64,000 nucleotides of DNA from an uncultured archaeon (lineage in GTDB: Archaea > Asgardarchaeota > Lokiarchaeia > Sigyniarchaeales > SOKP01). This document shows, one piece after another, positions 19,280-29,014 of the stretch. Position numbers and translations under genes: made by a program. Position 1 is the stretch's first letter. Each line of letters opens with the position of its first letter. The notes beneath the pieces were generated by a model. That model was not told the DNA's origin and did not search any database. It saw only the letters and a list, made by a program, of their open reading frames with translations. The DNA is taken from positions 1 through 64,000 of the forward strand of contig CAZDTP010000007.1 of assembly GCA_964508365.1 (NCBI GenBank), given 5' to 3'.

Positions 19280-19487
19280 TTCAATACTCTTGTTGTTACA
19301 TTTTTTGCTTAATGGTTATTATGTAATCTCGTTATGTTATAACTGTTACTATCCACATAAAAAAAAAGTAATTCAAATAGGAAAGGAAGCAAAAGAGATC
19401 AATTAGAATTAAAAATATAGTAGTAATGAAATGTAAAAAATAAAAGGATTTTTACTACATTTTCTATTTTCAATGCGAAATTGTTCC

Positions 19488-21767
19488 TTATTTATACAAA
19501 TTGGAGTCGCTTTCTTTAACTTTTTGGTCTTGAGCAAGTTGTTTTGCTAAAGTCTCGTATTTGTCAAGAGTGTCTTTTTGTAACGTTGATCCTACCTTTG
19601 AAAGTGCGAACTCAAAATGTTTAAATTCTACAACATCAAAATCATCCAGCTTTTCTCTTATCGCTTGCATACCTGCTTCTCTACACAGGTTTTCTAAATC
19701 TGCCCCACTATACCCTTCAGTCATTAAAGCTATGTTTTTCAAAGAAATACCTTCTTTCAGTGGCATATTTTTGGTATGAACGTTTAATATTTTGATTCTC
19801 CCTTCGTAATCAGGTGCTACTACATATAATATTTTGTCAATTCTTCCAGGTCGTAGAAGTGCGGGATCAACCAAATCAGGGCGATTAGTACTAGCTACAA
19901 TAACTATCCCGCTATTATTTTCGATCCCATCCATTTCAGTTAATAATTGGGTTATTATAGTGTCGTAAACCGCTGATCCTTTCCATCCTCCGCGATTAGT
20001 AGTAAGTGCTTCAATTTCATCGAAGTATATAATAGAAGGGGCTAATTCTCTGGCTTTTGCGAAAATACTCCTTATATTTTTTTCAGATTCACCAACCCAC
20101 TTTGACATTAATTCTGGACCTTTAACGGTTATAAAATTTGACTTTGTTTCGCTCGCTATAGCCTCTGCTAAGAGTGTTTTTCCACAACCCGGAGGACCAA
20201 AAAGTAGAACTCCTCCAATAGGACGAATTCCTGCTTTTTTGAACAGTTTTGGATGTATTATTGGCCATTCAACGGCTTCCTTTAACTCTTGTTTTATTTC
20301 ATCCAATCCACCAATGTCATCCCATGAAACTTCAGGAATATCTCTAAGATACTCTCTTAAGGCAGACGGTTTTATTTCTTTGAATGCTTTTAGAAAATTT
20401 TTATCTTTAACAAATAATTTTTGAATGATCTCAATTGGTATCGGTTCGTCAATATTAATTTCAGGTAAAATATCTCTAATAGCATCCATAGCGGCTTCTC
20501 GAGTAAAAGCCATGATATCTGCTCCAACAAAACCGTGAGTATTCTCAGAATAGTATTCTATATCCACATCATCTGCAACTGGCATTCCTCGAGTGTGAAT
20601 TTTAAAAATTTCATTTCTGGCGCTCTTATTTGGAACTCCGAATCGTATTTCGGTATCAAATCTTCCTGGTCTTCTTAGGGCTTGATCAATAGCGTCTACT
20701 CTATTTGTGGCTCCAATCACGATCACTCCCTCTCTTCCTTTCATTCCGTCAAGAAGCGTAAGTAATTGAGAGACTACTCGCCTTTCAACTTCACCTGTGA
20801 CTTCACTTCTTTTAGGGGCTATTGCGTCAAGTTCATCGATAAAAATTATTGTAGGTGCGTGTTTTTCAGCCTCGTTAAAAATATTTTTCAAATTTCTCTC
20901 GCTATCACCGTAAAATTTACTCATTATCTCAGGACCATTAATAGTAATGAAATGAGCGTTTGCTTCTTGAGAGACCGCCTTTGCCATCAGAGTTTTTCCT
21001 GTACCGGGAGGCCCATAAAACAGAACTCCTTTTGGGGGTTCAATATTCAATCTTCGGAATAATTCGGGATGTCTTATTGGTAATTCAACTACTTCTCTAA
21101 TCCTTTGAATTTCATCAGTTAAACCTCCAACATCATCGTATGTAATAATTTCCCCAGAAATATTTAGAAGTGCGACTTTTTTATTGATTTTTATCCTTGT
21201 TTCTCGAGTAAATCTAACTACCTTGTCGATTGGTCTAGTATTAAGCACTACTAATCTTAATGGTCCTAAAGTTGCTCTCTTCGGAGTTCCTCCCATATTA
21301 AGCATTCTCATAAATCCATTCATGGGATTGTTTCCGTCATCCGATTTAATAAAAGCTCCGGGAATATCTATCAAATCTCCCGCCATTACGGGTTTATCAA
21401 TTAGTTTCCCCTTTATGGCATCTGCTTGCTTTTTAATGTCATAAATATCCTTAGTCGGTGCGAGTTCAATTTCTTTCGCGGGTTCTGCGTTAATGTATTG
21501 AATAGTAACATATTCACCAATTGTAGATCCAAGGTTTAATCTTTGTATTCCGTCTATTCTTATAATATCCTTTCCTTTATCTGCAAAACTCGCCACAATA
21601 ATACCCGCAGTTCTTTTCCTCCCAACTATTTCTATAATATCACCAGTAGATAATCTTAATCTTTCCATAATTGATTGGTCTACATAACATAAACTTCTTC
21701 CGCTGCGACTAGAATCTAATCTTTCAATTCTTAGATTTGCTGATTTAGGCATTCCTTCGTTATTCAT
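19488..21767 (-). CDS. cdc48: CDC48/VCP (p97/VAT) AAA+ ATPase
   Basis: N domain plus two AAA modules (GPPGTGKT/IDELD and GPPGCGKT/FDEIE), SRH ALRRPGRFD, C-terminal LYK (HbYX-type). Confidence 0.95.
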   Translation of the reverse strand: MNNEGMPKSANLRIERLDSSRSGRSLCYVDQSIMERLRLSTGDIIEIVGRKRTAGIIVASFADKGKDIIRIDGIQRLNLGSTIGEYVTIQYINAEPAKEIELAPTKDIYDIKKQADAIKGKLIDKPVMAGDLIDIPGAFIKSDDGNNPMNGFMRMLNMGGTPKRATLGPLRLVVLNTRPIDKVVRFTRETRIKINKKVALLNISGEIITYDDVGGLTDEIQRIREVVELPIRHPELFRRLNIEPPKGVLFYGPPGTGKTLMAKAVSQEANAHFITINGPEIMSKFYGDSERNLKNIFNEAEKHAPTIIFIDELDAIAPKRSEVTGEVERRVVSQLLTLLDGMKGREGVIVIGATNRVDAIDQALRRPGRFDTEIRFGVPNKSARNEIFKIHTRGMPVADDVDIEYYSENTHGFVGADIMAFTREAAMDAIRDILPEINIDEPIPIEIIQKLFVKDKNFLKAFKEIKPSALREYLRDIPEVSWDDIGGLDEIKQELKEAVEWPIIHPKLFKKAGIRPIGGVLLFGPPGCGKTLLAEAIASETKSNFITVKGPELMSKWVGESEKNIRSIFAKARELAPSIIYFDEIEALTTNRGGWKGSAVYDTIITQLLTEMDGIENNSGIVIVASTNRPDLVDPALLRPGRIDKILYVVAPDYEGRIKILNVHTKNMPLKEGISLKNIALMTEGYSGADLENLCREAGMQAIREKLDDFDVVEFKHFEFALSKVGSTLQKDTLDKYETLAKQLAQDQKVKESDSNLYK

Positions 21768-22019
21768 TTTATTAGAAATCTTCTTTTTTATTTTGCTATT
21801 TTAAAGAAAATAATGGTACTTTATTTTCTTTTGTATTATTTAATATAGCGAGTCATGTTAGTTCGACAAACCATTATTTAAAGTTATAATTTCTTATTTG
21901 GTGAATAAATAAATGGGATTCATAGGTAATTACACTTATATTTTAGACTTTGTCTAATAAAAATAAACTAATTTTAGATTTGTCTCAATTCATCAAAACC
22001 AGAGTAATAAACTACAGTT

Positions 22020-22811
22020 TCAAATTAGATTAATTTTTAGATTTTTTGCTAAATATCTTTTAAAATCCTCAAGAATTGCATTAGTCTCAGACAAATTTTC
22101 CGTTTTTTTTTTAATATAGAATCTCCTAAATTTTAATATATCATCTTTGTGAGAGCGATTTTGAGGAACATCTAAAAGCCTTCCCACATATTTTCGGGTA
22201 ATAAGGTCTAAAGCTTCTAAGTTCGAGGAATGAAGTGACTTTTTTACAATTGTTTTATCTTCAATTTTTTTTTGATCTTCTGCTATTTCGTTTATTAGCT
22301 CTTCTATAAATTTGACTGGATCACTAGATTGAGTTGAATTATAAGTTTTTAATGGGTAATCCCATCTATATTTTTCAAAATTATCAAATTTATTGTGAAT
22401 CTTTTGAATTACCTTATTAGGGATAGGTTTACCCCTTTTCTCATTGCGTTTCAAACATAGTTCAAGAGATGTTGATATATGAATTATGTAAAAATTTGTA
22501 CCTAAGTCATCAGCAATTGATTTCAAATCATGTCTCATACTTGTGTAGTAGTTCAAATCGTCACTAATAACTATCAAACCTTTTTTGAGATATTTTCTCA
22601 CCTTTTCAAGCGTTTCTTCTCTTATATGAGGTTCATTTTGAAAATCAAAAATTTTCAGTGATGTCGTATCTCTTAATAAGTCTGGATCGATAATTTTAAC
22701 CTCAGATTGAAAGTAGAGATTTAATTTTTTTTTTAAAATATTAGCGAAAGTGGTTTTTCCCGATGCGGGTAATCCCACTAATATAATGAGAAATTTTTTT
22801 TTAATATTCAA
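22020..22811 (-). CDS. pstK: O-phosphoseryl-tRNA(Sec) kinase (PSTK/Kti12 family)
   Basis: ILVGLPASGKTT, VISDDLNYYTSMRHDL, CLKRNEKRG, EKYRWDYP. Confidence 0.8.
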   Translation of the reverse strand: MNIKKKFLIILVGLPASGKTTFANILKKKLNLYFQSEVKIIDPDLLRDTTSLKIFDFQNEPHIREETLEKVRKYLKKGLIVISDDLNYYTSMRHDLKSIADDLGTNFYIIHISTSLELCLKRNEKRGKPIPNKVIQKIHNKFDNFEKYRWDYPLKTYNSTQSSDPVKFIEELINEIAEDQKKIEDKTIVKKSLHSSNLEALDLITRKYVGRLLDVPQNRSHKDDILKFRRFYIKKKTENLSETNAILEDFKRYLAKNLKINLI

Positions 22812-23118
22812 TTAGCTCCTCTTCATTGAAAGTTCTTATAAGCTGAATTTTCTCTTTCCTAGAATATGTCTTGATTTCTAACTCTCGCTTCATAGCAGTA
22901 CTTCTCTTTAGAAATGTTTCAAAATACTTAAGTCTGATACTCTTTTTACCTCGACAAAATTTAGCACCGGTCCCCTTTTTATGTTCTTCTAACCTTCTTT
23001 GTAGATTATTCGTATACCCCGTGTAGAATCTCTTTTTATTATTCTTCGTAATCGTTTCTAAAATATACACATAATAAAAGGACATAGCAGAATCACTATT
23101 TGTAAGATAATTTTTCAA
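22801..23118 (-). CDS. GIY-YIG nuclease (UPF0213/SLX1-like)
   Basis: YYVYIL...FYTGYTNNLQRRLEEH..G.GAKF..., AMKRELEIK. Confidence 0.9.
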   Translation of the reverse strand: MKNYLTNSDSAMSFYYVYILETITKNNKKRFYTGYTNNLQRRLEEHKKGTGAKFCRGKKSIRLKYFETFLKRSTAMKRELEIKTYSRKEKIQLIRTFNEEELIEY

Positions 23119-23306
23119 CTATTTATTTTTTTTGGCAAAACTATCGCATTTTATCCTTATTAAAAGAAAATCTAAAAATCCACATTAGATTTTTTGTGTT
23201 TACCAAATTAATCTACTAAAAATTAAATTTATTAATAAAAACTTTTATAATTTTTAAAGGAAGTGTTAAGTTTTTCTGGTGAGTTACTTTTCCTCTAGGT
23301 ATTTGT

Positions 23307-23924
23307 TTGATTAAGTGGGATGAGGTTCTTGGTGGAAATATATACATGAGGTTTCCGGAAGATTTAGAGATTCTGGATAATGTAGTGCAACAAATCCAAA
23401 TTTCACATAATTTTATTGAATCATACATTACTATTGAAGAAAAAAATTGGAACTCAATTTCCTATTATAACGAAAATAGGGAAATTATCATCGTATTAGT
23501 ATTAGATAAATACGATGATGGTTCAGATTATACTGTTATATTAGATGAATTTAAAAAAGAGCTTGAGTTAGAACTAAACGAAAATGACCTTAAAAAACAC
23601 TTGGAAAGAATCTATAACTTATCTTTAAAAGTATTCAGAACAAGAGATGAAGTAATAGGGAAACTAAGTAATCAAGTTGCTCAACTCAAAACAATGGAGT
23701 ATGACTTGAAAAAACGGTTTGAGAAGATAGCTAAAGCAGACCATCTCAAAGTAAAAAGTAAAATCCAATTCTTATTAGCCGTAAAAAACGAGATGAAGTA
23801 TAAAGAACTACATAAATCGATTGATACTAGCAAAAATTGGCTCGATAAAGTCTTAACTACTCTTACAAAGAATAAGATTATTGGATATAATGACAAAAAG
23901 GATACATATTATCTTATTATCTGA
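23307..23924 (+). CDS. Putative uDENN/longin-like domain + coiled coil + C-terminal winged helix
   Basis: N-terminal KWDEVLGGNIYMRFP, central heptad LSNQVAQLKTMEYDL, C-terminal ELHKSI..WLDKVLTTL..KIIGY...YYL. Confidence 0.65.
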   Translation: MIKWDEVLGGNIYMRFPEDLEILDNVVQQIQISHNFIESYITIEEKNWNSISYYNENREIIIVLVLDKYDDGSDYTVILDEFKKELELELNENDLKKHLERIYNLSLKVFRTRDEVIGKLSNQVAQLKTMEYDLKKRFEKIAKADHLKVKSKIQFLLAVKNEMKYKELHKSIDTSKNWLDKVLTTLTKNKIIGYNDKKDTYYLII

Positions 23925-24022
23925 ATATCTTGAATAGCTGTTCTATAAAGAATTACATTATTAAAATGGTCATTATTTTTAGTATTATTAATTTATAATT
24001 TTAATTTTTAATAGTAGCTGAA

Positions 24023-25162
24023 TTGATAATGAACCTTTCAGAAGAAGAGGAGCAAGAAGTTCTAAAAGTAATGAAATCTCAGATGCTAACACTATTACAT
24101 GGTGAGTTTGTTAGTAAATTCGAAGAGGAATTCGCGCGCTATATCGGTATAAAGCATGCTATAGCAGTCAATACTGGTACAGCAGCACTTCACATAGCTA
24201 TTGCGGCGTTAAATATTGGTCCTGGAGACGAGGTTATTGTCCCACCCTTTACATTCATCGCAAGTGCAACTTCAATACTACATAATAATGCTATACCTAT
24301 TTTTGCAGATATTGACGATAAATCTTATACTTTAGATCCCAACTCTGTTAGGAATAAAATTACTGAGAAAACGAAAGCAATCCTCCCTGTTCATTTAGCA
24401 GGAATTTGTGCGGATATGAGCGAACTTATGGATATTGCAAGCGATAGTGGAATATATGTTATAGAGGATGCTGCACAATCTATTGGAACGCGATGCTATA
24501 ATAAAAAGGTTGGTTCTATAGGGCATCTCGGTTGTTTTAGTTTTTACCCCTCTAAGAATATAACCACGGGAGAAGGTGGAATGATTACTACTAATGATGA
24601 CGAATTAGCTGAACAATGTCGATTACTCAGACATCATGGTGAACCAGAATGGTATGTGTATAATAGATTAGGATACAACTATAGAATGACTGAAATTCAA
24701 GGCGCTATTGGTAGAGTCCAACTAAAAAAAATAGAAAATTTTATCAGAATCAGGAATAAAAACGCAAAATATCTCTCAGATGCAACTTCCAATTTGAAAG
24801 GCATTAATCCTCCTTTTATTCCTGAATATTGTGAACCTGCGTTTAATTATTGGATTGGAAGGCTAAATCCTGATGTTTTAGGAATTACAAAAGCTCAATT
24901 CCTAAACCAGTTTCCAAGAAGTAAAGTACTATATCCAAAACCTCTTTATAAAACAAAATTATTCCAAGAAAAAATTGCGTACTCAAAAGGATGTCCTTGG
25001 TCCTGCCCTTTCTATAATAAAGAAATAAATTATACTGAAGTCTATTTACCAATAGTAGAGAAAGTAACTCAAGAAATATTTGCTTTAGATATCCATCCTA
25101 AAATAACTAAGGAAACCCTTGATGAAAACATAGAAATAATGAAAAAAATTACTGAAAATTAA
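24023..25162 (+). CDS. DegT/DnrJ/EryC1/StrS aminotransferase
   Basis: VNTGTAALH, IEDAAQS, SFYPSKNITTGEGG, GYNYRMTE. Confidence 0.92.
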   Translation: MIMNLSEEEEQEVLKVMKSQMLTLLHGEFVSKFEEEFARYIGIKHAIAVNTGTAALHIAIAALNIGPGDEVIVPPFTFIASATSILHNNAIPIFADIDDKSYTLDPNSVRNKITEKTKAILPVHLAGICADMSELMDIASDSGIYVIEDAAQSIGTRCYNKKVGSIGHLGCFSFYPSKNITTGEGGMITTNDDELAEQCRLLRHHGEPEWYVYNRLGYNYRMTEIQGAIGRVQLKKIENFIRIRNKNAKYLSDATSNLKGINPPFIPEYCEPAFNYWIGRLNPDVLGITKAQFLNQFPRSKVLYPKPLYKTKLFQEKIAYSKGCPWSCPFYNKEINYTEVYLPIVEKVTQEIFALDIHPKITKETLDENIEIMKKITEN

Positions 25163-25182
25163 CAATAAAATTCTTTATTTTT

Positions 25183-25455
25183 ATGAAGAAACTTATAATC
25201 CATGTATATGGGATTGTTCAAGGAGTTTTTTTTCGCTACTCTACGCGTAAAGTAGCTCGTAAATTAGGGTTAACGGGATTTGTAAAAAATATGCCCGATG
25301 GAAGCGTATACATAGAAACTGAAGGTCCTAGTGATAAATTAAAAGAATTACTAAAGTTTGCTAAAATAGGACCTGATACTGCTGAAGTTGAAAAGACAGA
25401 ATATGAATACAGAGAGGCTCAACATAATTTTAAAGGATTTGAATACTCTTTTTAA
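25183..25455 (+). CDS. acyP: Acylphosphatase
   Basis: GIVQGVFFR and GFVKNMPDGSV signatures. Confidence 0.92.
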   Translation: MKKLIIHVYGIVQGVFFRYSTRKVARKLGLTGFVKNMPDGSVYIETEGPSDKLKELLKFAKIGPDTAEVEKTEYEYREAQHNFKGFEYSF

Positions 25456-25533
25456 ATATTTATGAGGATAATTATGTAAGATATTACCGGGATATTATTA
25501 CAGATGATAAATAATATTTCGATATTATAGATT

Positions 25534-25887
25534 ATGTCATTGTCTTTAAAGAGGAACAAATTTCTCCAATTATTTCATAATATCAGCAATAGTAAGATTA
25601 CACACAGAGGACCTTTAATTTTAAGATTATACGGACTGTTAAATGAGTTAGACTTTGAGACCGAAAATAGATACATACTTTGTAATTTTATCGATCAAAA
25701 TAGTGAGCTTTTCAGTTTAGGTAGAGATATTTACGAGATTAATAATGATGTAACTTTAATGCAATTGTTTCTATTCGCTTATAGTAAAGCTAGGATCAAC
25801 AACCTTATACCAAATCTTTACTCTGAATATATAAATTCTATAAATGCTATATCTCAAAAAATAGACACTCAATCAAATCTGCCTTAA
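25534..25887 (+). CDS. Hypothetical protein
   Basis: 117-aa ATG-started ORF in operon-like position; no recognised motif. Confidence 0.6.
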   Translation: MSLSLKRNKFLQLFHNISNSKITHRGPLILRLYGLLNELDFETENRYILCNFIDQNSELFSLGRDIYEINNDVTLMQLFLFAYSKARINNLIPNLYSEYINSINAISQKIDTQSNLP

Positions 25888-26013
25888 ATCTTATTAATAG
25901 ATTTAAAAATACCATTTAAATATAAATATAGATCCTTAAGTTAAGACAAAATTATTAAAAATGATAATTATTATTATGAATGTAATACAAGTTAATTGTT
26001 AAACTGAACAATT

Positions 26014-26538
26014 ATGACCATCGAACCGAATTATATTGTGAAGATATGTTTACTCGGTGAAGCTAATGTTGGTAAAACTTCATTAGTGTATCGATTTATC
26101 GAAAATAGCTTTAGAGGAAATTACAAAAGCACTCTTGGTGTAAACCTTTTAAAGAAAGATATGAAAATTGAAGAATATGGGGAGGTCTCTGCACAAATCT
26201 GGGATTTAGGGGGCCAAGAAAGTTTTAGAACTCTTCGTAAGTTGTATTTAGAAGGTGCTAATGGGGCTTTAATTGTTTACGATTGCACTAAAAGAAGTTC
26301 TTTTGAAAAACTTTACGATTGGATTCAAGATTTCAAGGATGCGAGGGGAGACGAACCTCTGCTTCTAATTGGGAATAAGAACGATTTAGCTAATAATATT
26401 AAAATAGAAGAAAGTGAAGCTTTGGAATTAGCAAAAAGTTTTAACATGAAATATATATCCACCTCTGCAAAAACAGGTGCGAATGTCGAAGAAGCATTTT
26501 TAAGGGTTCTAAAGACAATTCTTGATAAGAGTTTATAA
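26014..26538 (+). CDS. Rab-like small GTPase
   Basis: GEANVGKT, YKSTLG, WDLGGQE, NKND, TSAK. Confidence 0.95.
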   Translation: MTIEPNYIVKICLLGEANVGKTSLVYRFIENSFRGNYKSTLGVNLLKKDMKIEEYGEVSAQIWDLGGQESFRTLRKLYLEGANGALIVYDCTKRSSFEKLYDWIQDFKDARGDEPLLLIGNKNDLANNIKIEESEALELAKSFNMKYISTSAKTGANVEEAFLRVLKTILDKSL

Positions 26539-26719
26539 CATAAACCTTTTAACTTTTAGGTCAATAAATTTCGTTACTATTTTTAATAAAAACAACTAAT
26601 TCCTACAGTCATTTATAAATGCCTTTATAAATAAAAAATCATTTATAAAGAAATACCCTTTTTAAAAGAATTTAATTTTCTTAATTAGTTAAAATCATAT
26701 TTATTAAGTTTGATGTAAT

Positions 26720-27421
26720 ATGGCAAAAAAAGAAGTAAAAATTGAGGAAGAAGAAATCGATGACGAGGAAGATGAAGTCAATGACGAGGAAGATGAAGTC
26801 AATGACGAGGAAGAAGAAGTTGATGATAAAGAAGGTCTAGATTATAAAATTGAGAATGTAGTTGCGACTGTCGTCGTTGAAATCACAGAAAAAATCGATT
26901 TAAATCAAATCGCTCGTAAACATGCAGATGTGGAATATAATCCCGAAAGATTTCCTGGTTTAGTTATGAGAATTGAGAAACCAAAGGCTACAATTTTAAT
27001 TTTTTCGACCGGTAAAATGGTGGTTACGGGTTTAAGAAAAGCATCTGAAGCCGACCGAGTAGTAGAAAAAGTTGTAAAAAATATAAGAAAAGCAGGGATA
27101 AAAGTATCCAATCCCGAAATTACCATTCAAAATATTGTTGCAAGTGGAGATTTACACACCAATATAGATTTAAATATGGCAGCTATCGTTATGGAATTCG
27201 CTATGTACGAACCAGAAGTATTTCCCGGTCTGATCTATAGAATGCAAGATCCTAAAACGGTTTTTTTAATTTTCAGCACAGGTAGGATAGTTTGTACTGG
27301 AGCTAAGAAAAAAGAAATCGTTAGAGAAGCAGTGAAGAGGTTAAATGTGCAAGTACGCGAATTAGGTGTAGCGAAAAAAGAATTAGGAGATACCGACTAT
27401 CAAGATATTACTTTTATTTAA
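26720..27421 (+). CDS. tbp: TATA-box binding protein with an acidic N-terminal extension
   Basis: Two TBP repeats: YNPERFPGLVMR...LIFSTGKMVVTG and YEPEVFPGLIYR...LIFSTGRIVCTG. Confidence 0.97.
   Translation: MAKKEVKIEEEEIDDEEDEVNDEEDEVNDEEEEVDDKEGLDYKIENVVATVVVEITEKIDLNQIARKHADVEYNPERFPGLVMRIEKPKATILIFSTGKMVVTGLRKASEADRVVEKVVKNIRKAGIKVSNPEITIQNIVASGDLHTNIDLNMAAIVMEFAMYEPEVFPGLIYRMQDPKTVFLIFSTGRIVCTGAKKKEIVREAVKRLNVQVRELGVAKKELGDTDYQDITFI
26760..26822 (+). repeat. 21-bp in-frame tandem repeat (3 copies) in the 5' end of tbp
   Basis: atgacgaggaagatgaagtca twice (identical) plus atgacgaggaagaagaagttg. Confidence 0.9.
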
Positions 27422-27618
27422 TTATATTTATTTAATTACTTTTATTTTTTTTAAGGATTCTCACTCATTTTAAAGCTGTAATAGTTAATTTCTTAAGTTA
27501 CCAATATTTTAATCCAAAAAAAGAGTATAAATGCCATTATTACTTAATTGCTAAGGCTTATCTATTTTTAAAACATCTAATTTGGATTGGAAATTATTGA
27601 AAGATAAGGGCCTAAAAA

Positions 27619-28098
27619 TTAGTCTTTTTGAAACACAATCATAAATTCACAATGATCTTTACCTGATTGTAAGCTACAATCTACCTCTTGTGCAAAACAA
27701 TGATTATCTGTCATTTTTTCAACGAGTCCTGCCAATAAACCTGCTTCGAATGAACAAAAGCTTCCTTCTGTCTTTATCCCTCTATTAATGAGGTCCTTTA
27801 TTGAAGAATGCCCTTTAAGTTTTAATTGCACAATTTCTTCGGTACTTTCTGTAATCTCTACCTCACCTAAGTTAAATTCTGAGATTATTTCTTTTAAAGC
27901 AGCAGGAATGTTTTTTGCATCATCAATTTGTTTGACTTTTAAAATTGTTCCTAATTCGTGGCCTAAATAGTAGAATATAGCTTCTAACTGATGACCTAGA
28001 GCCAACAAAGCTCCTACTTTCATATCTCCAATCTCTTTTCCAATTTTCAAATTTTTTCTCATTTGTACTAAAATTTTTGATAGCAATTGTCTATCCAT
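27619..28098 (-). CDS. V4R domain protein
   Basis: FCSFEAGLLAGLVE...AQEVDC....DHCEF, the canonical V4R motif. Confidence 0.88.
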   Translation of the reverse strand: MDRQLLSKILVQMRKNLKIGKEIGDMKVGALLALGHQLEAIFYYLGHELGTILKVKQIDDAKNIPAALKEIISEFNLGEVEITESTEEIVQLKLKGHSSIKDLINRGIKTEGSFCSFEAGLLAGLVEKMTDNHCFAQEVDCSLQSGKDHCEFMIVFQKD

Positions 28099-28133
28099 TT
28101 TTTTATCCTCACTCTCGGTCTAAATATTTATGA

Positions 28134-28427
28134 TTATAATTTTACGGAGGAAATAAACCCATATAATATTGCATCTATGATGTCTTCCTCTTGAATATTT
28201 ACAGATAACCTCCTATCTGCCACAATAATTGTAGGTAATGAGGTAATCTTATATTCACTCGTTAATTGGTAATTTTTTTCTACATCTATTTTTTCTATAT
28301 ACAATTTTTTTCCAAACATAGAAATATTTATTCTTTTTAACATCTGCTCAATTGGAAGGCACGGACCGCAATGGGAAGATGAAAAAAATAAAATTTTCGG
28401 ATAACCTTGCTGAAACTTTTCTAACAT
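28134..28427 (-). CDS. Thioredoxin-fold protein (CGPC), KaiB-like in its central region
   Basis: HCGPC, IEKIDVEKNYQLTSEYKITSLPT (cis-Pro loop). Confidence 0.8.
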   Translation of the reverse strand: MLEKFQQGYPKILFFSSSHCGPCLPIEQMLKRINISMFGKKLYIEKIDVEKNYQLTSEYKITSLPTIIVADRRLSVNIQEEDIIDAILYGFISSVKL

Positions 28428-28465
28428 ACATCACCCTATATGTGCCTGCAAATCTTTTTTTCACT

Positions 28466-29014
28466 TCATACATCCTTGTATCTTTCATAAAGGTCTTTAA
28501 TTATTGCTTGGAACGCTTTATACACACCATTACCTGTTTTTGCGCTCGTTTTGTAGTAACCTAGAAATTCTCTTCTATCAACAATTTCTTTTATATTACT
28601 ATCATCTAGTTCTTCGTCATTCACTAAATCAATTTTATTTCCAAATAACACAATTGGAATGTTTCCACAATATTTCATAATATCTTCATGCCATTCTGAA
28701 ATATGCTTAAAACTATCATCAAATTCTTTTGAAGCATGAGAAAAAACTATAATTGCGGCTTTACTACCCTTGTAAAAAGTAGGTCTCATAAATGAGAATT
28801 CAGCTTGACCAGCAATGTCCCAAAAAAATAATTTTACTCCACTATCTTCTATTTTTTCATCATATTTAGAGAACTGTGCTCCTAAAGTCTTAATGTATTC
28901 TTTCTTAAAACTCCCTTTAGTATATTTTTTTATTAAGGATGTTTTCCCCACTCCACCATCTCCAATTACTGTTATTTTGAAAACGAAATCCTTCCTCTCG
29001 TCACTTTCATTCAT
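28466..29014 (-). CDS. Rab-like small GTPase
   Basis: GDGGVGKT, YIKTLG, WDIAGQ, NKID, TSAK. Confidence 0.95.
   Translation of the reverse strand: MNESDERKDFVFKITVIGDGGVGKTSLIKKYTKGSFKKEYIKTLGAQFSKYDEKIEDSGVKLFFWDIAGQAEFSFMRPTFYKGSKAAIIVFSHASKEFDDSFKHISEWHEDIMKYCGNIPIVLFGNKIDLVNDEELDDSNIKEIVDRREFLGYYKTSAKTGNGVYKAFQAIIKDLYERYKDV

Noticed and set aside
22801-23118. GIY-YIG as a homing endonuclease or mobile element
   Set aside because: It is a short UPF0213-type domain with no DNA-binding extension and no intron or intein context.
23280-23282. In-frame TGA as selenocysteine upstream of the uDENN-like gene
   Set aside because: No redox motif context or SECIS was found, and the upstream frame does not look coding; a start-site or indel issue is more likely.
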